Of a DNA stretch of 45,798 nt, positions 7,982 to 16,570 are shown piece after piece. Made by a program: the position numbers and the translations under genes. The notes under the pieces are model-generated. The model worked only from the letters and a program-made list of their open reading frames with translations, made no database searches and was not told where the DNA came from. Source of the stretch: Acidimicrobiia bacterium (lineage in GTDB: Bacteria > Actinomycetota > Acidimicrobiia > Spongiisociales > ZC4RG35); NCBI GenBank assembly GCA_036446835.1, contig JAZFTT010000103.1, forward strand, positions 1-45,798. The letters run 5' to 3'. Position 1 is the stretch's first letter. Each line of letters opens with the position of its first letter.

Positions 7982-8111
7982 AGCCGGTCTCTTTCCTCGA
8001 TCAAATGTGTGGGCCCTTCCCACACCTACGGGGAGTGCTGGAAGGAAGCCGATTGTCATGTCGGCAGGCTGGGTCATACATTCAGCCCAACAGCCAATCG
8101 AGAGACGAACC

Positions 8112-8885
8112 ATGACCGAATCCTTCAAACAGCGACTTCAAAACGGCGAGCGACTCGTCGTATTCGCAGTGGGGAGGATGTTTCATCACAACATCATCCA
8201 ATACCTGGGCATGACCGGGTATTTCGACGGTTTCTGGATCGACGTCGAGCACGGTGGTCTCTCGGTGAAAGACGTCGAGGTTGCCGTTGCTGCGGGAAGG
8301 GCCCACGGACTGGAGAGCTTCGTTCGTGTCCCGCCGACCGACTACGCCACTGTGACTCGGTGCTTCGAGAGCGGGGCGGTGGGCGTAATGGCGGCTCAGA
8401 TCACTTCGGCCGAACAAGCGGAGGAGTTTGTCCGTTGGTCGAAGTTCGCCCCAAGAGGTCGGAGAGGCCTCAACCCACTGGGATACGACGGCCGGTTCGG
8501 GTCAGTGCCCTTGGCCGAGTTCGCCGAGAGGGCCAACCGGGAGTCGTTTGTGGCGGTACAGATTGAGACTGCCCAGGCGGCTGACGAAGTCGACGCGATT
8601 GCTGCAATCGACGGGGTTGACTTGTTGTTCGTCGGCCCATCGGATTTGAGTCAGGCGCTGGGGACCATCGGCGACTTCACCAGCGAGAAGAACATGGAGG
8701 TCGTCGATCGAATTGCCGAGGCTTGTCGCACCCACCGCAAGCAGTGGGGTGCGGTGACTCCCAATCCGGATTACGCATCGTTGCTGATCGAAAAGGGCTG
8801 TACCCTGATCTCGCCGACCAATGACGTGAAGCTGGTCACGACCGGAATGGCCGCTGTGAAGGAGAGCTTCTCACAACTCTGGTGA
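8112..8885 (+). CDS. HpcH/HpaI family class II aldolase (2-keto-3-deoxy-acid aldolase)
   Basis: Start moved to the ATG at 8112 (MTESFKQRLQNGE, as in HpaI MENSFKAALKAG). WIDVEHG, VQIETAQA, GVDLLFVGPSDLS. Confidence 0.85.
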   Translation: MTESFKQRLQNGERLVVFAVGRMFHHNIIQYLGMTGYFDGFWIDVEHGGLSVKDVEVAVAAGRAHGLESFVRVPPTDYATVTRCFESGAVGVMAAQITSAEQAEEFVRWSKFAPRGRRGLNPLGYDGRFGSVPLAEFAERANRESFVAVQIETAQAADEVDAIAAIDGVDLLFVGPSDLSQALGTIGDFTSEKNMEVVDRIAEACRTHRKQWGAVTPNPDYASLLIEKGCTLISPTNDVKLVTTGMAAVKESFSQLW

Positions 8886-8909
8886 TGCGCCATCGGGGGA
8901 ATGGCGGCT

Positions 8910-9587
8910 TCAATCGGATTCGGAGTCCAACTCGAAGGCCTCGAGGGGGTGGTTGATGTGCCCGTACTGGATGGCGACCGCTGCCTCGACCTCACCCTTC
9001 TCATACGCCTCAATGAGGGAATAATGCTCGGCGATCGCTCGCCTTCGAATCTCGGGGTGGAGACGCTGCGCCTGTGCCACAAAGACTCCTCCTGCCTCTT
9101 CGAGCGTTGAGAGGATGCTGCTCAACCGGACCGTCCGGGTTGCCTCATGGAAAACCAGGTGGAAATTTATATTCCGCTCTACCCACGAGCCGAGGTCCTG
9201 TTCATCGGATAGCTCATTGGCGAGAGCCCTCGCCCGATTCATCTCCTCTTCGGTGATGTGGGCCATTGCCCGTCTGATGGCGACCTCTTCGAGTGAGCGT
9301 CGGATCTCGACGATCTCAACCATTTCGTCCCAATCAGGCTTGCGCACGATCCCGATGCGATGACTGTCCATCGTGATGAGACCCTCGCTGGCCAGATCGC
9401 GCATTGCTTCCCGCACCGGTGTGGTGCTCACGCCGAGCTGATTGGCGATCTCGGTCTGAACCAGTTGCGAGTCTCCCGCCAGATCACCACGTAGAATGGC
9501 GGCACGGAGGGTGCCACGGACCAGTTCGACTGCTGTCACCCGGGGTGACAGCGAAGCGTCGAGACGAAAATTGTCCCCGCTGCTCAT
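8910..9587 (-). CDS. GntR family transcriptional regulator with FCD ligand domain (GntR-1)
   Basis: 225 aa; wHTH QLVQTEIANQLGVSTTPVREAMRDLASEGLI followed by a helical FCD-like C-domain. Confidence 0.9.
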   Translation of the reverse strand: MSSGDNFRLDASLSPRVTAVELVRGTLRAAILRGDLAGDSQLVQTEIANQLGVSTTPVREAMRDLASEGLITMDSHRIGIVRKPDWDEMVEIVEIRRSLEEVAIRRAMAHITEEEMNRARALANELSDEQDLGSWVERNINFHLVFHEATRTVRLSSILSTLEEAGGVFVAQAQRLHPEIRRRAIAEHYSLIEAYEKGEVEAAVAIQYGHINHPLEAFELDSESD

Positions 9588-9687
9588 TCAGATTTCGTTT
9601 GACCAATACGGGCAAAAGCGCGATCGGGTTTGGTCCCAAGCTGCGTCTTCTGGTGATCCCTCTCTCTGGTGGTCACAAGTGAGGCTC

Positions 9688-9700
9688 CTGTAGTATACCG
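9688..9700 (+). promoter_or_regulatory. Box H: CTGTAGTATACCG, -10-like TAGTAT in the GntR-1 / M24-2 divergent region
   Basis: 9-mer CTGTAGTAT recurs at 35493..35501. TGTAG(A)ATATACCGA recurs at 15371..15385. TAGTATACCG fits the FadR-type GntR half-pattern T.GT..AC. Confidence 0.4.
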
Positions 9701-9737
9701 ACTATAGAGAACAGGATTCCTCTACTCGGGAGTTGTC

Positions 9738-10958
9738 ATTCACAAATACGCCAAGGGTCCATTCGCGGTCGATTGGGAGGATCGTTACGATTTCGCTGAG
9801 CTTCGTCGGGAACGAGTTGCCAAAGCCCAGGCGGCCCTATCCGATTCCGGAGTCGATGCAATTCTCGTCTGGAAAGACGAGAACGTCCGCTACCTGACTG
9901 GGCTGCGCGCCCAGCTCATTACCGGAAAGACGACTTCGCTGAATGGGGCGCTGCTCACACCATCCGAGGAACCGGTACTGCTCGCTTCGGGAGGCGAGGT
10001 CGACAAGGCCAAGTTCGGTATGAGCTGGATCGGCGAGGCGCATGCGGTGCCGATCATGGAGCAGCGGGAGCTCGTAGACGGGTTTGTAACCAGCACGCTG
10101 ACATCCGTTCTCCGCGAGCGAGATCTTCTCTCCGGTAAGCTCGGAGTTGACCAGGCAAACATCTCATTCATCGAGTCGGTGCGAACCCATCTGCCCAACG
10201 TTGAACTGGTCGACGGCGACACGATCATGCAGCAGGCCCGGTGGATCAAGAGTGATCTCGAGGTAGCCGTCATCGAAGAGGCGTGTGCCATTGGTGACTC
10301 GGTCACACAGCGTGCGCTTGATGAGACGAGGGCTGGCCGCCGGGAGTTGGAGGTTGCAGCCGATGCGATGCAGACCCTCTTCCAACTCGGCGGAGAGATG
10401 GCACACGTCATCACGCCGTTTGTCGCCTCGGGCGAGCACATGTCCCCTCCGCACCGTATAGCCACCGACAAGATCATTCGGAACCAGGATCTCTGCTTCA
10501 TCGACATCGGGGCAATGTGGAACGGCTACTTCGCCGACATCGGCCGAACGACGGTTGTGGGGAAGCCCTCCAAGACGCAACAGAAGATCTACACCGCGGT
10601 GTACGAGGGTCTAATGGCCGGGATAGAAAAGATGCGCCCGGGCTTCACCAATCAAGACTGCGCCGACGCCATCATCGCCAAGATCGCCGATCACGGGTTC
10701 GAAGATCATCTGTTCAGCCTGTTCATCGGGCACGGCATTGGCATGGGTGCCAATGAGCCCCCTTATATCGGAGAGACTCTCGAGGGCACCACCACCTACG
10801 ATTTTCAGCCGAACATGGTTTTTGCAGTGGAGCCACTGGTCTGGGTCCCCGGCGTTCGTGGTGGCGGAGGGGTTCGCATCGAAGACATGGTCCTGATCAC
10901 CGACGGGGACCCCCACCTGCTCTCCAGGGTGGAGTACGAGGAGCGTCTTCTGATCTGA
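9738..10958 (+). CDS. M24 family metallohydrolase (creatinase / Xaa-Pro dipeptidase-like, paralog 2); start codon non-canonical or lost
   Basis: The frame is open from 9708. 9708..10019 encodes a Creatinase_N-like segment (DFAELRRERVAKAQAALSDSGVDAILVWKDENVRYLTG) with no ATG/GTG/TTG. ATT at 9738 lies 5 nt after GGGAG (9728..9732). The C-half has FIDIGAMWNGYFADIGRT, GHGIGMG, VFAVEP, VRIEDMVLIT. Confidence 0.75.
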   Translation: MHKYAKGPFAVDWEDRYDFAELRRERVAKAQAALSDSGVDAILVWKDENVRYLTGLRAQLITGKTTSLNGALLTPSEEPVLLASGGEVDKAKFGMSWIGEAHAVPIMEQRELVDGFVTSTLTSVLRERDLLSGKLGVDQANISFIESVRTHLPNVELVDGDTIMQQARWIKSDLEVAVIEEACAIGDSVTQRALDETRAGRRELEVAADAMQTLFQLGGEMAHVITPFVASGEHMSPPHRIATDKIIRNQDLCFIDIGAMWNGYFADIGRTTVVGKPSKTQQKIYTAVYEGLMAGIEKMRPGFTNQDCADAIIAKIADHGFEDHLFSLFIGHGIGMGANEPPYIGETLEGTTTYDFQPNMVFAVEPLVWVPGVRGGGGVRIEDMVLITDGDPHLLSRVEYEERLLI

Positions 10959-10964
10959 ACCGGA

Positions 10965-11900
10965 TCAGGTTTTGAGCAGTCCGATTACTGCGTCGGTGAT
11001 CACTTCGGCCACCCGGTCGACAGACTCGATGGTGTTGCCGGCGATATGCGGGGTCAGAATCACGTTGTCCAGACCCGCGAAGGTCGCGGCCGGCTCTGGG
11101 CCAAGGGGCTCTGACGCGAAAACATCGATCGCGGCTCCGGAAATGAGACCCTCCCGCAGGGCTCTTGCTAGGGCTGGCTCGTTGACGGTCCCACCCCTCG
11201 ATGTGTTGATGAGGATCGCCCGTGGCTTCATCCGCTCGAATTCGGTCGCATCGATCAGATTCTTTGTTCCCTCGTTGAGGGGAATGTGGAGACTGATTAC
11301 GTCGGCCTGACCGAGCAGTTCGTCGAGTTCGACCTTTTGAGTGTCTTTCCAGGCTTGGTCATCGTCTGAGAGAAAGGGATCGTAGGCGACGATTGTCATA
11401 TCGAATGCCGCTGCCCTGACGGCGACTGTGCGGGCGATTGACCCATAGCCGACCAGTCCGAGCGTTGTTCCCATCAACTCCCTTCCGAACGCGTGACCCT
11501 GACGCGGCCAATCCCCAGCCACCATCGACCTGGTCATTCCGAAGACACGTCTCGTCAGGATGAGCATGGCCGTCATCACGTACTCGGCTACCGAAACCGC
11601 GTTGGCCCCTACCGCTGGGACCACCGTTACCCCAGCGCTCGCGCAGGCCTCCATGTCGATGTTGTCCAATCCGACTCCAAGACGTCCGACCACTTTCAGT
11701 TCCGTCGCGGCCGCCAGAATCTCGGTGTCGATCCAGGTTCGATTGCGGATGACTATCGCTTCAGCGTCGGCAACAATCTCGAGCAGCCGCGGACGATCTT
11801 TGTACAAGTCCGGGTCGAAGACGACGTCGAACTCAGCGGATAGACGAGCGAGGGACTTTTCCTGCAGGAACTCGGAGACGACGATTCGGCGCGTAGGCAG
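10965..11900 (-). CDS. D-isomer-specific 2-hydroxyacid dehydrogenase (paralog 1); start codon uncertain
   Basis: GLVGYGSIARTVA Rossmann motif, NTSRGG, PHIAGNT. The conserved beta-1 strand RRIVVSEF lies upstream of the first TTG (11807), in a frame that opens right after the permease stop and has no ATG/GTG/TTG. CTG at 11898..11900 is used as a provisional start. Confidence 0.75.
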   Translation of the reverse strand: MPTRRIVVSEFLQEKSLARLSAEFDVVFDPDLYKDRPRLLEIVADAEAIVIRNRTWIDTEILAAATELKVVGRLGVGLDNIDMEACASAGVTVVPAVGANAVSVAEYVMTAMLILTRRVFGMTRSMVAGDWPRQGHAFGRELMGTTLGLVGYGSIARTVAVRAAAFDMTIVAYDPFLSDDDQAWKDTQKVELDELLGQADVISLHIPLNEGTKNLIDATEFERMKPRAILINTSRGGTVNEPALARALREGLISGAAIDVFASEPLGPEPAATFAGLDNVILTPHIAGNTIESVDRVAEVITDAVIGLLKT

Positions 11901-11912
11901 AAATCTGCTGAC

Positions 11913-12848
11913 TTACTTCCCTGACCCGGAAATGAGACCGGCGACCACGTGCTTCTCCACGAAGGTGTAGAAGATAATGAAGGGGACGACTGTGAGGACT
12001 GTGAATGCCGCCTCTATCGGATAGTCGGCAACGCCTTCGACGCCCTGCATCTTGTACAGCTCGAATGGCAGTGTCCGATTTCCTGGTGAGTTGACCAGCA
12101 CGAGGACCAGAGTGAACTCGTTCCACGCCTCACGAAATGCGAGAACGCCGACTGTGATCATGGCGGGTGCGGCCAGCGGTCCCACTATGTAACGGAGACG
12201 TCCCCAAAGACTGGCTCCGTCGACGTTGGCCGCCTCCTCTATTTCGCGTGGGATCGCTTGGAAGAAGCCCACCAACAACCACACAGCGAGAGGTAAGAGC
12301 ATCGCCGTGTAGACGATTATCAGGGTGATGCGTTTGTCCAGCATGTCTGTCGCCACGGCGAGTCGGTAGATCGGGATCATCAGCCCGAGACTGGGCACCA
12401 GCCGCGGAAGGAGGGTGAACAGCAACAGCAGGTGTCGGCCCCGAAATCTGAATCTGGCAAAGGCGTATGCGGCAGGTACTGCAATCACGATGGTCAATAC
12501 GGTTGTGCCGACGCCTACGAGGACACTGTTCCAGAACGAAGTTGTGAAACTCTCACTGGCCAGAACATCGACATAGGCGTCGAGGCTCGGGCTCGCCGGT
12601 ATCAGCGACGGATCCGCAAACACCTCCGTCTTATCCTTGAGGGAAACCGACAAGGTCACAAAGAACGGCGCCACGGTCCAGACCACCAGCGCGATCAACG
12701 GGATCGAAGTCAGGATGCTCCTGATGATCCCCCTTGTTCTTCGACCCGCTGTTCGCCTGGGCTCTCGAGGGGTGCCTTCGGAGGCTTTCAGAGCCTTCTC
12801 GGCGACAGACTCGATGAGGAACTCGTCTTGAGAGTGTATGTCGGTCAT
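11913..12848 (-). CDS. ABC transporter permease, CUT1 family (MalG/UgpE-like)
   Basis: 311 aa, multiple hydrophobic helices, EAA loop IEEAANVDGASLWGRLRYIVGPLAAP. 4-nt overlap with the upstream permease gene. Confidence 0.9.
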   Translation of the reverse strand: MTDIHSQDEFLIESVAEKALKASEGTPREPRRTAGRRTRGIIRSILTSIPLIALVVWTVAPFFVTLSVSLKDKTEVFADPSLIPASPSLDAYVDVLASESFTTSFWNSVLVGVGTTVLTIVIAVPAAYAFARFRFRGRHLLLLFTLLPRLVPSLGLMIPIYRLAVATDMLDKRITLIIVYTAMLLPLAVWLLVGFFQAIPREIEEAANVDGASLWGRLRYIVGPLAAPAMITVGVLAFREAWNEFTLVLVLVNSPGNRTLPFELYKMQGVEGVADYPIEAAFTVLTVVPFIIFYTFVEKHVVAGLISGSGK

Positions 12849-13825
12849 GCGTCGTAGTCGTATCTGCGGCCGATACCCACGTATCCCAGCGTGAGCACGG
12901 CATTGAGGATCAATATGAACGTTGCGAGCGCCAGCGCCTGGTTGAACTCGAGATTGCGGAAGGCCACGGTGTACATCTCCATTGCCATCGTCTGAGTGGC
13001 TTTGAGTGGTCCACCGCCGGTCAGGGCGAGCACTACGCCGAGCCCGGTGAGCGTCGAGTAACTCAGCCAGACAACGCTGATCAGCATTTGTGGGGCGAGA
13101 AGCGGGATGGTGACGTGGCGGGCTCGGGTCCAGCCGGTAGCTCCATCGACAAGGGCCGCGTCCAGATGTGCGTCGTCAATGGTCATCAGCCCCCCGAGAA
13201 GCAGAAGGATCACGAGGGGAAGGTCGGTCCACACCTGGGTGAAGATCACAGTGACCATCGCCATGGTCGGGTCGGCCAGCCACCTAGGGGCGCTCTCCAC
13301 CCAAGGTAGGGCTTCGATAGCCTGGTTCACCGTTCCAAACTGGGAGTTGAAGAGAATTCGAAACATCACAGCCGCCGCGACGTTCGAAACGATGTATGGA
13401 CCGATGGTTATGGCCCGGAGGAATCGGAGCTTCCCGACCACTTTGAAGAGGGCGAATGCAAAGAAGAGACCCAGCGCCATTCCGACGGTCAGGGAACCAA
13501 AGACGAATACGGCCGTCTTGTTCAGGGAGTGCCAGAAAGCGTCTGACGAGAACATGTCCGCGTAGTTCTCGAAGCCAACCCAGACCGCAGGTGCCCCCAG
13601 CGATGGGCGGCGGTACAGGCTCTGCCACACGCCATACAGGACCGGAAAACCAAGGAGAGCGGCCACGAGAAGTATGGCCGGGAGGCTGAAGAGGTAGGGC
13701 GTCGCCTTGCTGACACCGATGATGGCGTTGTTGTCCTGACCCGGCGGCTCTTTGCGTTGCCACCAGCGGCGGTCGCGCTTCGGTTTAGGGTCGGTCTTCG
13801 GTTTGGGAGCTGTGGCTGTCGTCAT
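12845..13825 (-). CDS. ABC transporter permease, CUT1 family (MalF/UgpA-like)
   Basis: 326 aa, EAA loop DAALVDGATGWTRARHVTIPLLAP, hydrophobic helices throughout. Confidence 0.9.
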   Translation of the reverse strand: MTTATAPKPKTDPKPKRDRRWWQRKEPPGQDNNAIIGVSKATPYLFSLPAILLVAALLGFPVLYGVWQSLYRRPSLGAPAVWVGFENYADMFSSDAFWHSLNKTAVFVFGSLTVGMALGLFFAFALFKVVGKLRFLRAITIGPYIVSNVAAAVMFRILFNSQFGTVNQAIEALPWVESAPRWLADPTMAMVTVIFTQVWTDLPLVILLLLGGLMTIDDAHLDAALVDGATGWTRARHVTIPLLAPQMLISVVWLSYSTLTGLGVVLALTGGGPLKATQTMAMEMYTVAFRNLEFNQALALATFILILNAVLTLGYVGIGRRYDYDA

Positions 13826-13857
13826 AGGTCGGACATCGTCACATTGCGAGAGTACAG

Positions 13858-13893
13858 GAACGCTCCCTCGCCGGTGAAAGCGAGGGAGCGTTC
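13858..13893 (-). other. Perfect 14-bp-stem / 8-nt-loop intercistronic hairpin between the SBP and permease genes
   Basis: GAACGCTCCCTCGC cggtgaaa GCGAGGGAGCGTTC; the arms are exact reverse complements. No U-tract follows on the mRNA strand. Confidence 0.8.
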
Positions 13894-13936
13894 TGCATTC
13901 TGTTGGTGCTCGTCATTACGGGACACCGTCTTGTTA

Positions 13937-15289
13937 TCAGGCTTCGTCCAACTCCGCCTGATATCTGGTAGTCAGCTCGGCACAATCGGTGCTTGCACCT
14001 GAGACGATCTCACCGAAGAACTGCTCGAGGATCGCTTCGACCTGGCCTGCGTTCTCACCGGCGGGCTGAGGAACGGCGGCTGTGTAGGCGGCCTTCAGAT
14101 CGTCGTTGAAGAACGGCCAGATGTCCAGCGCTTCTGAGCTGTCGATGAACTCCTGGTTCCGTGCCGGTACGCCACCTTCATCGGCCTGACCCACGAGCCA
14201 TCTCGTTTCAGCGATAGCCCTGATCACCAAACCGGCCTCATATGGATGATCGGTTCCTGTGATGATCCCCCAGGTCCTGGCGGCTGCCAGGGCCACACCA
14301 TCGGTACCAGGCTGGCCACCAGCAAACGGGGCCGGAGTGAGATTCCAATGCGCTGGGTAGTCGAAGTCGGGTATCTCGTTGAAGTCGCCGGCTGTTGTGA
14401 AGCCGTCGAGGATCAGCGCTGCGTTACCACTGGTGAAGGCGGCACGAGACTCGTCCTCACCCCATGCGACTGCGTCAGGTGGGGTTAGACCCTCGGCCGC
14501 AGCATCGACCCACCACTGGCAGGTGTACATCCCACCATCGGAGGTGAGGTCAGGAACAGCGCCAGTGAAGGGCGCTCCGGTCCCCGCGAGCATTGTCTTC
14601 AGGGTGGTCACCCCGTCGCCTGCCTTGGCCTGGACCGTGAGCGGAATCGAATCCGGTCGGGTCGCTTTCAAGGCTCGCATTCCGTCGAGCACCTCGTCGA
14701 AAGTCGCGAACGGGACGGTTACACCGGCTTCAGCGAACCATTCCGTGTTGTAGTAGAAAGCGTCGAAGTTCGCCGTGATCGAGGCACCGATTCCGTCGGT
14801 CTCCGTCCACACATCATCCCAGAGGAGGTTGTACAGATCAGGATCCTCTGCCTCAAACTCGGCCTGGAAGGCTGCATGGTCTCCGACTAGCCCGGACTCC
14901 GCGAAAGCAGGCATGAGGAACGAGTCCTCCGCACCGAGCAGATCGGGCAGCGGCTGACCAGCATCGAGCCTCGTCTGCAGCTGCTGCAGGATGTCGTCGT
15001 TGGACTGGACGTCCACGATCAACTCGATGTTGTGTTCGGCCAGCATTGCCTCAACGAAGCCCGTTGCGACGTAGTACGGCCTGGTGAGGATCACGTTGAT
15101 TATGACCGGTTCACCGGCTGCATCGCCTCCTCCATCTGCTTCTGCTGCTGTAGTTGTCGTATCACTGCTGTCTGAACAGGCTGCGACTATCAACCCCATC
15201 ACCATAAGTAGTGCCAGTCCGCGTACAAATCGAGGGTTGGCTCCTCTCCGTGCTTCGGACTTGGCGCGCCTTCTCACTCTGAAAATCAC
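13937..15289 (-). CDS. ABC transporter extracellular solute-binding lipoprotein (family 1, sugar type)
   Basis: 450 aa, GTG start with GGAGGA RBS. Basic N-terminus, hydrophobic core and lipobox LIVAAC, then a Ser/Thr/Asp-rich linker. Confidence 0.9.
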   Translation of the reverse strand: MIFRVRRRAKSEARRGANPRFVRGLALLMVMGLIVAACSDSSDTTTTAAEADGGGDAAGEPVIINVILTRPYYVATGFVEAMLAEHNIELIVDVQSNDDILQQLQTRLDAGQPLPDLLGAEDSFLMPAFAESGLVGDHAAFQAEFEAEDPDLYNLLWDDVWTETDGIGASITANFDAFYYNTEWFAEAGVTVPFATFDEVLDGMRALKATRPDSIPLTVQAKAGDGVTTLKTMLAGTGAPFTGAVPDLTSDGGMYTCQWWVDAAAEGLTPPDAVAWGEDESRAAFTSGNAALILDGFTTAGDFNEIPDFDYPAHWNLTPAPFAGGQPGTDGVALAAARTWGIITGTDHPYEAGLVIRAIAETRWLVGQADEGGVPARNQEFIDSSEALDIWPFFNDDLKAAYTAAVPQPAGENAGQVEAILEQFFGEIVSGASTDCAELTTRYQAELDEA

Positions 15290-15363
15290 TGAATTCCTCC
15301 TCGAGTATCGTTGCCGTTGCTAAAGCCCCGGCCCGTCGCAGGCGTCGGTCTCGCGACCTTTCC

Positions 15364-15378
15364 TGCATTATGTAGAAT
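15364..15378. promoter_or_regulatory. Box G: back-to-back -10-like elements CATAATGCA (minus, toward the SBP operon) and TGTAGAAT (plus, toward Gfo/Idh/MocA-1)
   Basis: Sequence TGCATTATGTAGAAT. The minus reading CATAATGCAGGA shares ATGCAGGA with box A. The plus reading TGTAGAATATACCGA resembles box H TGTAGTATACCGA. Confidence 0.4.
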
Positions 15379-15470
15379 ATACCGAGTACCGATATTTTGG
15401 TCAAGCGACCCCGACTGGTACCCATTTCCCGGGAGTCGCCACAATGAAGCATACGTAACACGGAGGAATC

Positions 15471-16466
15471 ATGGAGCCGTTGAAGGTGGCGTCGGTAGGA
15501 CTAGGACGATGGGGCGAGATGCTTGCGGGCAAGGCCGCAAAAGCCGGGATGGAGATCGTGGGTAATTTCGCCCGCACCGCCGAAACCAGAGAGGCGTTCA
15601 CCAAGACTCACGGCGGGCGACCGGCCGGATCGCTCGACGAGCTTCTATCCGATCCCGACGTGGAAGCTGTGCTGTTGGCAACACCACACTCGACTCATGC
15701 CTATCTTGTTACCGAAGTTGCCGCATCCGGCAAACACGTATTCGTCGACAAACCGTTCACGCTCACCGTGGCCGAGGGCAAGAGGGCTATAAAGGCTGCC
15801 GACCTCGCAGAAGTGGTGCTCCAGGTAGGTCACAACCGCCGGCGTCAGCCGGCCAACCGCCGCCTCAAAGAGATGGTCGAGAGCGGCGCACTTGGCATGC
15901 CCCACTACGCCGAGGCGAACTTGTCGTATCCGAAGGGACTCAACCCCAGAAGTGGCTGGCGGGCCGACCCGTCGGAGAGCCCTGCCGGAGGGATGACCGG
16001 TCTCGGGGTTCACATGGCAGACAATCTCAACTACTTGCTCGGGCGCCCGGCTCGTGTGGCGGCCTTCAGCCGCCAGAACATCGGCGTCAGCAAACTCGAC
16101 GACGCCACTACCGCCACGCTCGAGTTCGAGAGCGGGTGTCTTGCTTTTCTGGGGACATCGATGGTCATTCCCGATATCGGTCGCACCGCGGTGTGGGGAA
16201 CCGAGGCGGCGGCGTGGAACGAGATGGATGGAGAGCGCTTCTATTTTCAGCCGGTCGGGGAGATGGAGCGATCGGAACAGCCGGTCGAGACCCTGGACAC
16301 GGTAAGAGACGAACTCGAGGAGTTCGTAACGAACATCCGCAACGGCGCCACGCCTGAGACCGGAGGACCCGAAGCGCTGGAGGCAGTGGTCGTCCTCGAA
16401 GGGATCGTGGAAAGTGCCGCCACGGGTACGGTGGTGGATCTCGACGAGGTGCGGGCCCGGGAGTAG
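15471..16466 (+). CDS. Gfo/Idh/MocA family oxidoreductase (paralog 1)
   Basis: 331 aa, GGAGGAA RBS. VGLGRWGE Rossmann, HVFVDKPF (EKP-type motif), VGHNRRRQPANRRLKE. Clearly paralogous to 41554..42546. Confidence 0.9.
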   Translation: MEPLKVASVGLGRWGEMLAGKAAKAGMEIVGNFARTAETREAFTKTHGGRPAGSLDELLSDPDVEAVLLATPHSTHAYLVTEVAASGKHVFVDKPFTLTVAEGKRAIKAADLAEVVLQVGHNRRRQPANRRLKEMVESGALGMPHYAEANLSYPKGLNPRSGWRADPSESPAGGMTGLGVHMADNLNYLLGRPARVAAFSRQNIGVSKLDDATTATLEFESGCLAFLGTSMVIPDIGRTAVWGTEAAAWNEMDGERFYFQPVGEMERSEQPVETLDTVRDELEEFVTNIRNGATPETGGPEALEAVVVLEGIVESAATGTVVDLDEVRARE

Positions 16467-16570
16467 ATGTCTTGCATGGCGCAGAAGTGTTTGCCGCTGC
16501 GACGAACGGCGCTACCGGAGCCGACGTCAACATCAATTCCGGCGTGGTCATGTACTGAACCGAAGGAGCA

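Noticed and set aside
7953-8111. 53-codon N-terminal extension of the HpcH aldolase ORF; likewise the extensions of ORFs 23168, 30168, 35369, 33933, 26171 and 39991
   Set aside because: Internal starts with an RBS give N-termini that match the family consensus. The upstream parts overlap neighbouring genes or promoter boxes.
8888-8906. Small hairpin CGCCAT-N7-ATGGCG between the convergent aldolase and GntR-1 genes, considered as a bidirectional terminator
   Set aside because: The stem is only 6 bp and has no flanking T/A runs. Too weak to annotate.
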